From assembly GCA_021537435.1 (NCBI GenBank), contig GCA_021537435.1_3050.1: a stretch of 64,000 bases of DNA; one strand, 5' to 3'. Origin of the DNA: a phage. The notes under the pieces are model-generated. The model was not told the origin of the DNA and made no database searches. It worked only from the letters and a program-made list of their open reading frames with translations. Shown piece after piece: positions 46,056-55,863 of this stretch. Numbering within the stretch: position 1 is the first letter of the stretch; every line of letters begins with the position of its first letter. The translations under genes and the position numbers were made by a program.

Positions 46056-47875
46056 TATTGGCTCATCCATTCTTTACGAAGATCAGCATTATCTCCCATG
46101 AGCATTTCAAAAAGCTCTTTCCAGTTCTCAGGAAGTTTAACAACATCATATACTGGGTTTTGAATCATCTCACGATATTCAGATTTTTCCAAAGAGCCAA
46201 GTCCTTTAATATAACGGATGCTATGTTTAGGTAGAGCATCTTTGGCACTCTCATATTCAGCGACTGTATAAAACCATTCTTGTTTTTTACCGACCTGAGC
46301 GATGATTACAGGAGTTTTGACAAAGCGAATTCTTCCTTGCTCAAACAATTCTGGCCAATTACTAAAAAATCCGAGCAGAGAAGGATAAATGCTTCCTAGA
46401 CCATCATGGTCAGCATCAGTCATAATAGCGATATTATGATAATTCAAGTTTTCAGCTTTTTCACCGAGAACTAGACCAGTGATTGCGCAAATATCAAATA
46501 GTTCTTTGTTTTTAAGCATATCTGCATAAGACATACCCCAACTGTTGAGAACTTTACCACGTAATGGATAACCACCATGAAGTTCTTTATCACGAACATC
46601 AATAAGATATCCGATAGCAGAATCACCCTCAGTCAAGAAAAGAGTAGTGTCAGCATCTTTACCGCAAAGATTCGCTTTAATATGTTTATGAACCTTTGCC
46701 TTAGAGGCCTTTTTAGCTGCTTTAGTTTCAGCTGCTTTTTCTGCTGCCAATTTACGAGCCAAGGCAGCTTCAATAATTGGCATCAAAATAGCTTCATTAT
46801 TTAGAATAGCGCGTGAAATCTTTTTAGCATCAAGTTGAATATGACTACGAATTTCACCAAATGGAGAAGTCAAACGCTCTTTAGTTTGAGAGTCAAATCG
46901 CATGTTTTTCATATCGCGAACAAACATAACGATAGTCAAACATTCTTTAACACGTGCTTTAGTTACATCAATTTTGAATTTACGTTTGATTTGTGGAATA
47001 AGGTCTTCACAAATATCATCCATAACACAGTCAATGTGATGGCCACCATTCTTAGTATGAATGTTATTGACGTACGTCAACTGACGAAAACCATCCGGTG
47101 AACGACCAACCGCAATAGAACAATTTTCTTGTTCTTGAACAATAGCATGTTCATCATACTGTCGTGCATATTTCTTAAAATTGCCCTGAACCTTTTTACC
47201 ATTAAAGGTAAATTGAATATCAGGATAAACAACTGCGAGTGTCTGGAGACGATCCAGTGTAATGTCAAGATAAACTTGGGACAGCTCATTAGTTTCAAAT
47301 GACATAAAATCAGGAATGAAAGTAACACGAGTTCCTTTCCATTTTCCAGGAATATCTTCCCATGATTTATTTTCCATGCCATTTGAACAACGAACTACAA
47401 TATTATTTTGACCGTCGCCAGTTTCACCAACAAACATCACAGAAAAAATGTTTGTCAAACTAGAACCAACACCATTCATACCGCCAGTGACGCGTTCTTT
47501 ATCATCACCAAAGTTACCACCTGCTTTTGGAATAGTCCATGCAGCAACAGGACCAGGAATTTCTTCACCAGTAGGTGTTTTAACCATAGCCTGTGGAATA
47601 CCACGACCGTTATCTTCAACTGTTACCTGATTATTTTTAATAGTAACATTAATTTTATTTGCGAATTTAAACTTAGTACGAATACCTTCATCTACTGAGT
47701 TATCGATAATTTCATCAATAAGCTTAACAAGACCAGGTACATACTGAACACTTTCCCATTTACCAAACAGAAAGCGCTCATGCATTTCATTAGCAGAAGA
47801 GCCAATGTACATGCCGCTACGCTTTTTGATATGTTCAATATCGCTCAGAATTTTAATTTCATTCTTAATCATCAC
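46055..47875 (-). CDS. 39: topoisomerase II large subunit, unsplit (39 plus 60 equivalent)
   Basis: 606 aa continuous ORF with GyrB-like ATPase N-terminus and TOPRIM C-terminus (LTEGDSA, IMTDADHDG). Confidence 0.9.
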   Translation of the reverse strand: MMIKNEIKILSDIEHIKKRSGMYIGSSANEMHERFLFGKWESVQYVPGLVKLIDEIIDNSVDEGIRTKFKFANKINVTIKNNQVTVEDNGRGIPQAMVKTPTGEEIPGPVAAWTIPKAGGNFGDDKERVTGGMNGVGSSLTNIFSVMFVGETGDGQNNIVVRCSNGMENKSWEDIPGKWKGTRVTFIPDFMSFETNELSQVYLDITLDRLQTLAVVYPDIQFTFNGKKVQGNFKKYARQYDEHAIVQEQENCSIAVGRSPDGFRQLTYVNNIHTKNGGHHIDCVMDDICEDLIPQIKRKFKIDVTKARVKECLTIVMFVRDMKNMRFDSQTKERLTSPFGEIRSHIQLDAKKISRAILNNEAILMPIIEAALARKLAAEKAAETKAAKKASKAKVHKHIKANLCGKDADTTLFLTEGDSAIGYLIDVRDKELHGGYPLRGKVLNSWGMSYADMLKNKELFDICAITGLVLGEKAENLNYHNIAIMTDADHDGLGSIYPSLLGFFSNWPELFEQGRIRFVKTPVIIAQVGKKQEWFYTVAEYESAKDALPKHSIRYIKGLGSLEKSEYREMIQNPVYDVVKLPENWKELFEMLMGDNADLRKEWMSQ

Positions 47876-47940
47876 TTATCCTCGTTTGGTTTCGGGAATA
47901 TTATACTCCGGTAATCATAAAGCTAAAGGCCGAAGGCCTT

Positions 47941-48210
47941 TTATTTAAAACGAATAGTTGAATCCTTAAAGAACAGCCCAGAACATACTGTTCCTTCTAC
48001 TTTCTGCCCAGTAGGTCCAATAGCACGAAATCCAGTATGTTGGAAATCATTTTCAGAGCAACCGAACCAGTTATATCCAGTGATTTCAATATTAGTAAAA
48101 CCGCTTGAAGACAAAACTTTGGTTGCATTATCAGCATCAGTACATCCTACTAAAGACACTGCTAATACTAATGCTGCAATAGAACGATTAATATATTTCA
48201 TAATTTTCAC
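47941..48210 (-). CDS. putative lipoprotein
   Basis: Signal peptide with lipobox LVGC. Confidence 0.5.
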   Translation of the reverse strand: MKIMKYINRSIAALVLAVSLVGCTDADNATKVLSSSGFTNIEITGYNWFGCSENDFQHTGFRAIGPTGQKVEGTVCSGLFFKDSTIRFK

Positions 48211-48578
48211 TTAAATTTAATGGCTTGAAGAAGACTAATAATTCTCAAGCGACTTCTTTCATCTTTAACTGTAAAAGAAAGAGGGTCACCAGATTTCATA
48301 GTAATAGTACATTCAAAATCAAAATCTTCGGAAACTTCTTTGAAGAAGTCAAATTCTTCATCATAAATTAGAACATTACTCTGACAACTATGAAGAATTT
48401 TTCCATCATTTCCAGATGCTGTACTAATCATTGTAACATTATGACCTTTCATATCTTCAACGATAAATTCACTAGTCAATATTACAGCATTAATAGAACT
48501 ATTCCTATTACTAGCAGAAAGTAGATATTTCTGTTCTTCACCTTCACGAATGCGATATTTCTTACCGATTTTAAACAT
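48207..48578 (-). CDS. hypothetical protein
   Basis: ORF-track 123 aa. Confidence 0.5.
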   Translation of the reverse strand: MFKIGKKYRIREGEEQKYLLSASNRNSSINAVILTSEFIVEDMKGHNVTMISTASGNDGKILHSCQSNVLIYDEEFDFFKEVSEDFDFECTITMKSGDPLSFTVKDERSRLRIISLLQAIKFK

Positions 48579-48580
48579 AA

Positions 48581-48757
48581 TTACCCTTTAAGTAAGTCGT
48601 AAAAACCACCATTCACATGCTTAGGAGCAGAAGGCCGACGAGTAGACAGACGATGACATTTAGGACAAACATCATTTTCTCGTTCAGAAATCTTTTTAAT
48701 TTTTTCATATTCATGCCCGCAATCTTCGGATTGGCATTTATAATCATACATTGGCAT
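48581..48757 (-). CDS. FmdB-like zinc-ribbon protein
   Basis: 58 aa (below ORF-track cutoff); MPMYDYKCQSEDCGHEYE ... CPKCH; hand-translated. Confidence 0.45.
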   Translation of the reverse strand: MPMYDYKCQSEDCGHEYEKIKKISERENDVCPKCHRLSTRRPSAPKHVNGGFYDLLKG

Positions 48758-48759
48758 AA

Positions 48760-49179
48760 TTATTCCTTAAAGTGTGCTTTCAACATCTGATACAAGGACC
48801 ATGCCTGTTCATTATTTTCAATAGTAACTTTCATGACCGGGAATTCTGTGAAATCTTCTATTTGTTCTTGCTCTTCCTGCTTTTGCTCTTCGGACGCTTG
48901 ATATGGATTTCCAACTTCGTCAAAGAACTCTGCTTCATTCGTGGAGAGCCAGATAAAGTTTTCATCAAGGATATCACCGCCTGTTGCGTATCCAACCGTG
49001 CCAGTAGATGTCACAATTTTAGTAGGACGACTGAGATGGTCAACATCTAAAATTTTAAAAGGTTCCATACCTAAACGTCGTGCGTAGATTCCGTTATCAG
49101 TATGGTCTTTAATAAAAGCTTCCTGAGCTTGTTTATTTTTAAATTGATACCATTTATTAACTTCAAATCTAATAGCCAT
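48760..49179 (-). CDS. hypothetical acidic protein (goF-like position)
   Basis: ORF-track 139 aa. Confidence 0.45.
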   Translation of the reverse strand: MAIRFEVNKWYQFKNKQAQEAFIKDHTDNGIYARRLGMEPFKILDVDHLSRPTKIVTSTGTVGYATGGDILDENFIWLSTNEAEFFDEVGNPYQASEEQKQEEQEQIEDFTEFPVMKVTIENNEQAWSLYQMLKAHFKE

Positions 49180-49394
49180 TAATAAATTTCCTTCCAGTAA
49201 GTTGTACCGTCTTCAGTGATTTCACGGAATACACCATAAATCGGTTGTTTATCACCAACCTTTTCATACACATAAACCGAAGTCAAGTGAGTAAACTTGA
49301 TGGTGTGTTCCTTTTGAACTACTACCAAATCTGGATCGAATAATACATCTTCAAATTCGTCATTAGTACAATTCTGAACAATTTTACGTTTCAT
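49179..49394 (-). CDS. hypothetical protein
   Basis: ORF-track 71 aa. Confidence 0.45.
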   Translation of the reverse strand: MKRKIVQNCTNDEFEDVLFDPDLVVVQKEHTIKFTHLTSVYVYEKVGDKQPIYGVFREITEDGTTYWKEIY

Positions 49395-49407
49395 TACAAT
49401 TTCCTCA

Positions 49408-49689
49408 TTAATTAAACAGTGGAGCGATGCGTTTCAGAAGAGTAGCAGCACCTTTGGCGAATTTTACATCATGAAAAACAGTTTCTTCTTCCGTTACAAC
49501 ACGAGCTTTAATGTTTTCACAATCCCAATTTTTACGAACAATCTTCAAAAGCTGCAGTAAATCTTTACATTCAGCAATATCGATAACACATCCACGAGAA
49601 TCTTCCATTATCGCACGATAACCGTAAGCCATACCATAATCGTTGAAAGATTGCTCGATGATAATTAAGTTTTCCATTTTATTCTCCAA
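49408..49689 (-). CDS. hypothetical protein
   Basis: ORF-track 93 aa. Confidence 0.45.
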   Translation of the reverse strand: MENKMENLIIIEQSFNDYGMAYGYRAIMEDSRGCVIDIAECKDLLQLLKIVRKNWDCENIKARVVTEEETVFHDVKFAKGAATLLKRIAPLFN

Positions 49690-49774
49690 GTTGTTTTCTG
49701 TATCAGTAGTTGATATTGATATAGTACCATAATCAACTACTGATGTATATAGTTTTATGAAAAAATTTTAAACT

Positions 49775-50263
49775 TTATGCATAGAGAGCATTGCTATAGT
49801 GTTTAATCCAACTTTCAGGAATGACTTTGTATGTTCCTAAAAATACCACATTGTACAACTTAACACCATCTTCTACCCATTGATCGGTAATATATCCACA
49901 CATAGCGCGAGTATAAGCAGCCTTTCCATCATCTTTGATAAATTTAAATTCGCAAGGAGCAATGAACTTAATAGCTTGACCGAGTTTCCACTTAAAGTCT
50001 ACGCCTACATGCGAAGTATCAATCGTTTCAATTCCTTTAGCAGGAACAGCTTTCAAAAACACAGATTCAAGAAATTTCGCACGAACATAGCCAAACTGAG
50101 GTTTAGACTTTCCATCTTTAGGAATGATACGCACTTTTACTTCAGAATCTTCATCTTTAACGCCATGTTTAAGCTGAATGCTTACAATTTCGACCAATTT
50201 TCCTGCTGCTTTAGAGCGGGATTTATCAGATACACGAGCTAATTCACCAATATTAATAATCAT
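49775..50263 (-). CDS. MotB-like protein
   Basis: 162 aa, size and position as T4 motB. Confidence 0.5.
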   Translation of the reverse strand: MIINIGELARVSDKSRSKAAGKLVEIVSIQLKHGVKDEDSEVKVRIIPKDGKSKPQFGYVRAKFLESVFLKAVPAKGIETIDTSHVGVDFKWKLGQAIKFIAPCEFKFIKDDGKAAYTRAMCGYITDQWVEDGVKLYNVVFLGTYKVIPESWIKHYSNALYA

Positions 50264-50336
50264 AGTTATTTCTCACTTGTTAAAAAGATTTTATACTCCG
50301 CGGGACCATTATACTCTGGTCCCAAGAGTTTGTAAA

Positions 50337-50774
50337 CTAGCTTACACGAACATTAATCACTGCGCTGCGAGGAACTACGGAGTACTCTCCAGCATGAACT
50401 ACATTAAGAAGTTCAACGCCATCTTCAATCCACTGGTCAGTTACCCAACCGCCAATCGGATTCGCGAATGGACGACGAATATAAACTGCCTTACACAACA
50501 AATCAGTCGGGTCTTCAGGTTTTTCAATTTCTGTCAATAGACTAAAATCTTTTTCATAAATAATAAGCGGTGATACCATTCCATAATAGTTTCTAATTTC
50601 AATATACATCATACCGATAAGAATTCCGCTATTAACACTAATAACAGTAAAAGGATATCCGCCAGTTAAACCAAGAAGTTCACAAAACTTATTATGAGCT
50701 GTATTAGACAGTACCGAAAAATTCTTAATTTCATCAAATTTTTTCAATTGATAAACAGCATTATTTTTAATCAT
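50337..50774 (-). CDS. MotB-like paralogue
   Basis: C-terminus WVTDQWIEDGVELLNVVHAGEYSVVP parallels ITDQWVEDGVKLYNVVFLGTYKVIP of the upstream ORF. Confidence 0.5.
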   Translation of the reverse strand: MIKNNAVYQLKKFDEIKNFSVLSNTAHNKFCELLGLTGGYPFTVISVNSGILIGMMYIEIRNYYGMVSPLIIYEKDFSLLTEIEKPEDPTDLLCKAVYIRRPFANPIGGWVTDQWIEDGVELLNVVHAGEYSVVPRSAVINVRVS

Positions 50775-50784
50775 AATTTTCTCT

Positions 50785-51327
50785 TTAATCTAAGGTAATA
50801 AAGCCTTTTAATTCGGCATGGGATTTGCGGAACATTACTTGGTGCCCACCAATGATAACTTCATCTTCAGGAACTTCGTATACAGCAAGATAAAATCCTT
50901 TAGAAGCTAATTCTTCACGCTCTTCTCGTGTGAACCATCTCATCATATCATATTCACTAGCGAAAGCAAAATGATAAAGAGCTATAAACCATCCTGGAAT
51001 ATAGTGATCTACGCCTACATATTCCTCTTTCTCAAATTTAGTATTAATTGCTATATTAGCATTTTTAACTAATAATTTGTCTTCGCGCGGAAGAGGAATT
51101 CTTTTGTTATCATCACTATGATGCATAAAATTAGGTCTGCTATAACCTACCCGTAATAGCCACTCTTCGCTCCATGAATCTATTATACTCCTGTATGGCG
51201 TTATTTGAACACAAAGATTTCGACGTATTGTTATAGCATCTTCATAATCAAGAATACTAAACGATGATTCAACACGATAAATTTTCATTTTATTATCCTC
51301 AGTAGCTATGGTGTTATAATACCACAA
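50785..51327 (-). CDS. hypothetical protein
   Basis: ORF-track 180 aa; early promoter upstream. Confidence 0.5.
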   Translation of the reverse strand: MWYYNTIATEDNKMKIYRVESSFSILDYEDAITIRRNLCVQITPYRSIIDSWSEEWLLRVGYSRPNFMHHSDDNKRIPLPREDKLLVKNANIAINTKFEKEEYVGVDHYIPGWFIALYHFAFASEYDMMRWFTREEREELASKGFYLAVYEVPEDEVIIGGHQVMFRKSHAELKGFITLD

Positions 51328-51345
51328 CTAACCGAGGAAGTAAAC
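51313..51345 (-). promoter_or_regulatory. T4-type early promoter
   Basis: Minus strand GTTTACT, 17 nt, TGGTATTAT. Confidence 0.55.
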
Positions 51346-51351
51346 AACTTT

Positions 51352-52035
51352 TTATCGTTTTGTTGGAAGGGAAAGAGGATCGCACTCTTCCTCTGACGGA
51401 GCATCTTCAAGACCCATAGCATATCGCAAAGCATACTTCATCATCAGGATGTCTTTTGCACAGTCATGAATAGAATCATGTGCAACGAATCCGTCTAAAG
51501 TTCCCTTTGGAAGAGGACATGTGGTCATATCACGAACAAGCAGAAGTGCTTCAATTCTGGTACGAATATCACGTTGATTCCAGAATTTACAAGGTTCTAA
51601 CTTAAACGTATCAAGCTCATTCTCGGAAACGCCGTTAAGACGTTGAATATCACGAATGAGATCAACTAAAATTGGAAAATCAAACGACATTCCACGGCAC
51701 CAGCCCTGAGATTTCCAAGGATCGATATTATGCGCATTGATGTAATCATTAAATTTTGCAATACCATCGATGGTGCTTACATCTTCATCTGATGGTGCAA
51801 TATTTTTTCGAGCTTCTGGAGATTGGTTTTTCCACCATTCGATAGTGCTTTTAGTAAAAAGACGATGTCCTTTTTGACTTTTTAAATCAAATTTGATTTT
51901 AATACCGCGCGAAACTAATTCATCAAACGTTTCAACTACTTCTGGATTAGGGTCAAAGGCAATAACAGCCAAATCAATAACAGCTGCCTTTTCACCGCTT
52001 CCCATTGTTTCAAAATCTATAATAAAATCAAACAT
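51352..52035 (-). CDS. dexA: exonuclease A (DnaQ-like 3'-5' exonuclease)
   Basis: 227 aa, DFETMG exonuclease motif. Confidence 0.85.
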   Translation of the reverse strand: MFDFIIDFETMGSGEKAAVIDLAVIAFDPNPEVVETFDELVSRGIKIKFDLKSQKGHRLFTKSTIEWWKNQSPEARKNIAPSDEDVSTIDGIAKFNDYINAHNIDPWKSQGWCRGMSFDFPILVDLIRDIQRLNGVSENELDTFKLEPCKFWNQRDIRTRIEALLLVRDMTTCPLPKGTLDGFVAHDSIHDCAKDILMMKYALRYAMGLEDAPSEEECDPLSLPTKR

Positions 52036-52310
52036 TAAATTTTCCTCGCTAAATCGCGAATTTGACCTACAGTATAATCTTGGATATAAACTTTATTAAT
52101 AGGCTCATCAATAAATTTTGCCATAGATTCAATATCTTTTTGTATCTCTTCAAGACTGTATACTATCTTTAAAGCTTTTTCGCGAATAGTAACATTATCA
52201 GGTCCTGAATTTTCTTGGATGACAGCTTTAACATTTGCCATAAGAGATTTAAACTGATGCAAACTTAATTCAATCATTAATAACCGCCTTATAAAGATGG
52301 CTAATTTCAC
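52035..52310 (-). CDS. hypothetical protein (small paralogue family)
   Basis: ORF-track 91 aa. Confidence 0.45.
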   Translation of the reverse strand: MKLAIFIRRLLMIELSLHQFKSLMANVKAVIQENSGPDNVTIREKALKIVYSLEEIQKDIESMAKFIDEPINKVYIQDYTVGQIRDLARKI

Positions 52311-52530
52311 CTAAAACATAATCACTGATTGTAACAGTTTTCACTTCACCGCAAAAGAATTCTAATGCAATCAAATCTCGTTCAATTTCTTCCAATTGAA
52401 GCATTAACTTGCCTGATTCAATTTTCACGTTTTTGCGATTTTTACTATAAGCTATTTCATAAATTTCGCTCACTTTATCTTGAAGTAGATAAAACTGGTC
52501 TTTAGTTATTTCCACGAATAGCTTCCTCAA
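52270..52530 (-). CDS. hypothetical protein (small paralogue family)
   Basis: ORF-track 86 aa. Confidence 0.45.
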   Translation of the reverse strand: MRKLFVEITKDQFYLLQDKVSEIYEIAYSKNRKNVKIESGKLMLQLEEIERDLIALEFFCGEVKTVTISDYVLGEISHLYKAVIND

Positions 52531-52762
52531 ATTTAATCAACAGCTTACAGACACTTTCATCTAATGTAATTACCGTATCTGTATTACTGTGATATGATTG
52601 TTTTTCAATTCGTTTAATTGCTAGTATAGTATCACTTATAAGATTAAGCTTATAAAGGAGCTCAGCTCCTGTTACCATAACACTGAGGTTATCTTGCTTA
52701 TCAGTGTGCTTCTTTATACCATCTATTAGACGATTTAAATATTTTGAATTGATGTTAATCAT
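52502..52762 (-). CDS. hypothetical protein (small paralogue family)
   Basis: ORF-track 86 aa. Confidence 0.45.
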   Translation of the reverse strand: MININSKYLNRLIDGIKKHTDKQDNLSVMVTGAELLYKLNLISDTILAIKRIEKQSYHSNTDTVITLDESVCKLLIKFEEAIRGNN

Positions 52763-52768
52763 ATATCC

Positions 52769-54088
52769 TCACACATAAAACACATCATAACGACCACGAG
52801 TGACACCAACATAAAGAAGCTGCTGAGCCAATTCAGCATCTGCATAATGAATACAAGGAGTATAGATGAAAGCACGATCTACAGACATGCCCTGAGCTTT
52901 GTGGAATGTTGATGCAGGAAGTGCTTTCACTTTACTAAACTGTGATTTAGCATCCCAAAAATCACTCCACGGAGCTTTTCCACCTTTATTCCAATTTTTA
53001 TACGTTTCTGCCGTTTTACCTAAAAATAAGTTAAACTTATACAGCTCTTCATCAGATGAAATTATTTTAATCTTTTCACGATAATATTCATCATCGCCGT
53101 AAGTTTCTACTGTTAAATCCCAATGACGAATTAGATATTCTCCAGAAACACCACGAGCTTTAACAAATGTTGATGTATACTCTGCTTCTATAATACGAAC
53201 TAATTGTCCGTTATTAAAAATAATTTCTGACACAGGCTTTCCATCAATTTTATATGTTTTAATTAATGGTTCCTGCATTACAATAATTTCACCAACGATA
53301 AAATCTTTATCAGTTTCAAAAATCTTTTTGCGAATAATGTTATTTAACTTATCAACAGATTTATTCGTAAATGCCATTACGCGATTTTCAAACAAATCAT
53401 CTAGTGATTTTACGATTGAAAAATAATTTACCATAAAATCGCGTAAAGCGGTATCACCAGTAAATCCACGTACTCCATGCCCGTCAACAACTTTATCATA
53501 AATCCACTTACCGTTGCGAACATCAGTAGCTACATCAATAATAGGAGCATTACTGCGTTTAACTTCAGTGAGTTCACACTGATAAAAATCTTTATGTGTA
53601 AAGAACGGGCTGATATAAGCGGTGTTTTCTCCTGGGTCAACAGGTCTAATTTGCTTATTATCGCCTATTCCAATTATAGTACACCATGGTGGAATAGTTG
53701 AAAGCAGAATTTTAAATAGCTTTCTATCATACATTGACACTTCGTCGCAGATTAATACTCTACATTTAGCTAAATCCGGTACTTCTTTTTGTTCAAAAAG
53801 AACGTTTTCTTCATATGTTACTGGGTTAATTTTAAGAATACTGTGAATAGTACTCGCTTCTTTCCCTGATAGTTTTGAAAGAATCTTTTTAGCCGCATGT
53901 GTAGGAGCTGCTAAAATAATGCCAGTTTCGCCCGTAGATATTAAGGCTTCAATGATGAACTTAGTAAGAGTAGTCTTACCAGTACCAGCAGGTCCATTAA
54001 TAGTTACATGATGTTTCTTTTCTTTAATAGCCCTCATAACGATGTTAAAGGCATTTTTCTGGCCTTCGGTCAAATCATCAAATGTCAT
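52769..54088 (-). CDS. dda: Dda DNA helicase (SF1B)
   Basis: 439 aa, Walker A GPAGTGKT. Confidence 0.9.
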   Translation of the reverse strand: MTFDDLTEGQKNAFNIVMRAIKEKKHHVTINGPAGTGKTTLTKFIIEALISTGETGIILAAPTHAAKKILSKLSGKEASTIHSILKINPVTYEENVLFEQKEVPDLAKCRVLICDEVSMYDRKLFKILLSTIPPWCTIIGIGDNKQIRPVDPGENTAYISPFFTHKDFYQCELTEVKRSNAPIIDVATDVRNGKWIYDKVVDGHGVRGFTGDTALRDFMVNYFSIVKSLDDLFENRVMAFTNKSVDKLNNIIRKKIFETDKDFIVGEIIVMQEPLIKTYKIDGKPVSEIIFNNGQLVRIIEAEYTSTFVKARGVSGEYLIRHWDLTVETYGDDEYYREKIKIISSDEELYKFNLFLGKTAETYKNWNKGGKAPWSDFWDAKSQFSKVKALPASTFHKAQGMSVDRAFIYTPCIHYADAELAQQLLYVGVTRGRYDVFYV

Positions 54089-54396
54089 CGTAAATTCCCT
54101 GCAATTGGTATACTAACAATACGCCCAGTATCTAAAATTCGCCGATATAATCTTTGTGTGTCTACATCAGGCTTAACATGTTTAACTTCTATTTTATTAA
54201 ACCAAAACTTGCGTGGAGTTTCAACTAATCTCGGAATTCCCATACCTAAAGCTAGTCGATACTGCTCTTTAAGAGTGGTAAATACTTTATCAGCAATCTC
54301 CCTTTCAAAAAATACAGCAGGACGATGTTCATCAAGCGGAACAGGCACTGCAAATCCATCTTTATCTCTATACACTATCGCATATACATAAAACAT
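54085..54396 (-). CDS. hypothetical protein (dda.1-like)
   Basis: ORF-track 103 aa. Confidence 0.5.
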   Translation of the reverse strand: MFYVYAIVYRDKDGFAVPVPLDEHRPAVFFEREIADKVFTTLKEQYRLALGMGIPRLVETPRKFWFNKIEVKHVKPDVDTQRLYRRILDTGRIVSIPIAGNLR

Positions 54397-54397
54397 A

Positions 54398-55144
54398 TTA
54401 TCCTCGGATAAGTTTAAAAATTGAACAATTTAGCGGGTATCCTCTTTTCAGTTTAAGTTTATCAATAAAAGACAAGTTTTGATACCGCTCTACACCTTGA
54501 ATAATTTTATCACACATATCATATTGCATTTCTGCTTCTGACAACTTTTTCACAGTTTTCCAATCAGAGCCTTTAAGAAGAACGTTCAATTTAACAACTT
54601 CAGTGCCTTCTGCTATACGAGAACCATCAATACGAGCTTTGAGTGCTACAATCGTTAGCTTAATGTCAGAGGTTTGTTTTGATTTAGAAAGCTGAGAAAT
54701 GTGTTCAATTCGGTTTTCACGTTTTTTCTGTATAGCTTTAATTTGATTATAAGTCTTTTTGATTTTAGCCCATTTCTTTTCATCTAAATTTAGTTTATGA
54801 ACTTTTTTCGCAGATGAACGACCAATTCGCAAAGCAAATAAATCACGCTTTTCAATCAACTCTTCTAAAGTATAATCAGAACGAAATGTATTGTACTTTT
54901 TCTTTACTGCAATAACATTCCCTTTAATGTATCCAACGTTATTATCAAAACGTTCTAATGATAATTTCTCTCCTTCAATACGATTATCAAAAGGTTCTCC
55001 CGAGTAAGCGCAAACTTTCTGATCTAAAATGTTCTTAATGTAATTGAAGTCTAAGTTAAAATCTTTAGAACGTCTTTTAGCAGATGCCTGAGTGTGCTCT
55101 AGACGACGTGTAATTTTACGAATTTGATTTTTAGACAGTTTCAT
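54398..55144 (-). CDS. Srd-like protein
   Basis: 248 aa, position between dda and modA. Confidence 0.45.
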   Translation of the reverse strand: MKLSKNQIRKITRRLEHTQASAKRRSKDFNLDFNYIKNILDQKVCAYSGEPFDNRIEGEKLSLERFDNNVGYIKGNVIAVKKKYNTFRSDYTLEELIEKRDLFALRIGRSSAKKVHKLNLDEKKWAKIKKTYNQIKAIQKKRENRIEHISQLSKSKQTSDIKLTIVALKARIDGSRIAEGTEVVKLNVLLKGSDWKTVKKLSEAEMQYDMCDKIIQGVERYQNLSFIDKLKLKRGYPLNCSIFKLIRG

Positions 55145-55171
55145 ATTTTTCTCACGGACGGGTTAACTACT

Positions 55172-55205
55172 TATACTATAACATTTTTACTTCAGCTTGT
55201 AAACA
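55172..55205 (-). promoter_or_regulatory. T4-type early promoter upstream of srd-like gene
   Basis: Minus strand GTTTACA, 17 nt, TATAGT. Confidence 0.5.
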
Positions 55206-55260
55206 ACTTTATGAAAAATGCTTTAAAACTTTCATGGTATAATGAATCTAAGTCCTTCCA

Positions 55261-55863
55261 TTATAGATTAAATCCTTCAAAAACAAGAGTATAGATAGTG
55301 TATGTTGAATACTTTTTATACTCGTATCTATCCGCAATTCTAAATACACTTCCAGCTGGTATCATTACTTCTTGTTCATCTGAAACTAATTCCATATTAC
55401 GATAGCGATGGCTATCCGGAAATTTAAAACTTGGACTATATTCTTTACAACGTAGAGCTTTTATAGCATACTCCTGGAAATTAAACACCATAGGAGCTTT
55501 GAATTCAAAAATAACTTGTGTGTTGTATTCTAATCCAGAAGCAAAATGTAGAGCTATATTTTTATCATATGAAGCTGATACTACTTTATCAAATGTAATA
55601 ATATCAATTCCTTGATTTAACACCTGCTTAGTCTCAACCGGAACACCTCTCCAAAGAGGTTTATCGTTTGGTTCCAAACGAGATTGGATTATTTCATTTA
55701 ACCAAGAATGATCGTCTGGCTTATTAGTAATACAATGAATTAAAAGTTCAATTTCGGATAAATTAAATCCTTCAGAAAGTAATTCTTCGCGAATAGAAGC
55801 ACGCACCGATGCATCCATTGATTTTATTTTAAAATCTTTTAATTGCATTGCTGAATATTTCAT
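55261..55863 (-). CDS. modA: ADP-ribosyltransferase ModA
   Basis: 200 aa; adjacent paralogue pair in T4 order. Confidence 0.65.
   Translation of the reverse strand: MKYSAMQLKDFKIKSMDASVRASIREELLSEGFNLSEIELLIHCITNKPDDHSWLNEIIQSRLEPNDKPLWRGVPVETKQVLNQGIDIITFDKVVSASYDKNIALHFASGLEYNTQVIFEFKAPMVFNFQEYAIKALRCKEYSPSFKFPDSHRYRNMELVSDEQEVMIPAGSVFRIADRYEYKKYSTYTIYTLVFEGFNL

Noticed and set aside
46055-47875. Gene 60-type translational bypass or a mobA insertion in the topoisomerase gene
   Set aside because: The ORF is continuous through the TOPRIM region; no internal stop or 50-nt gap is needed.
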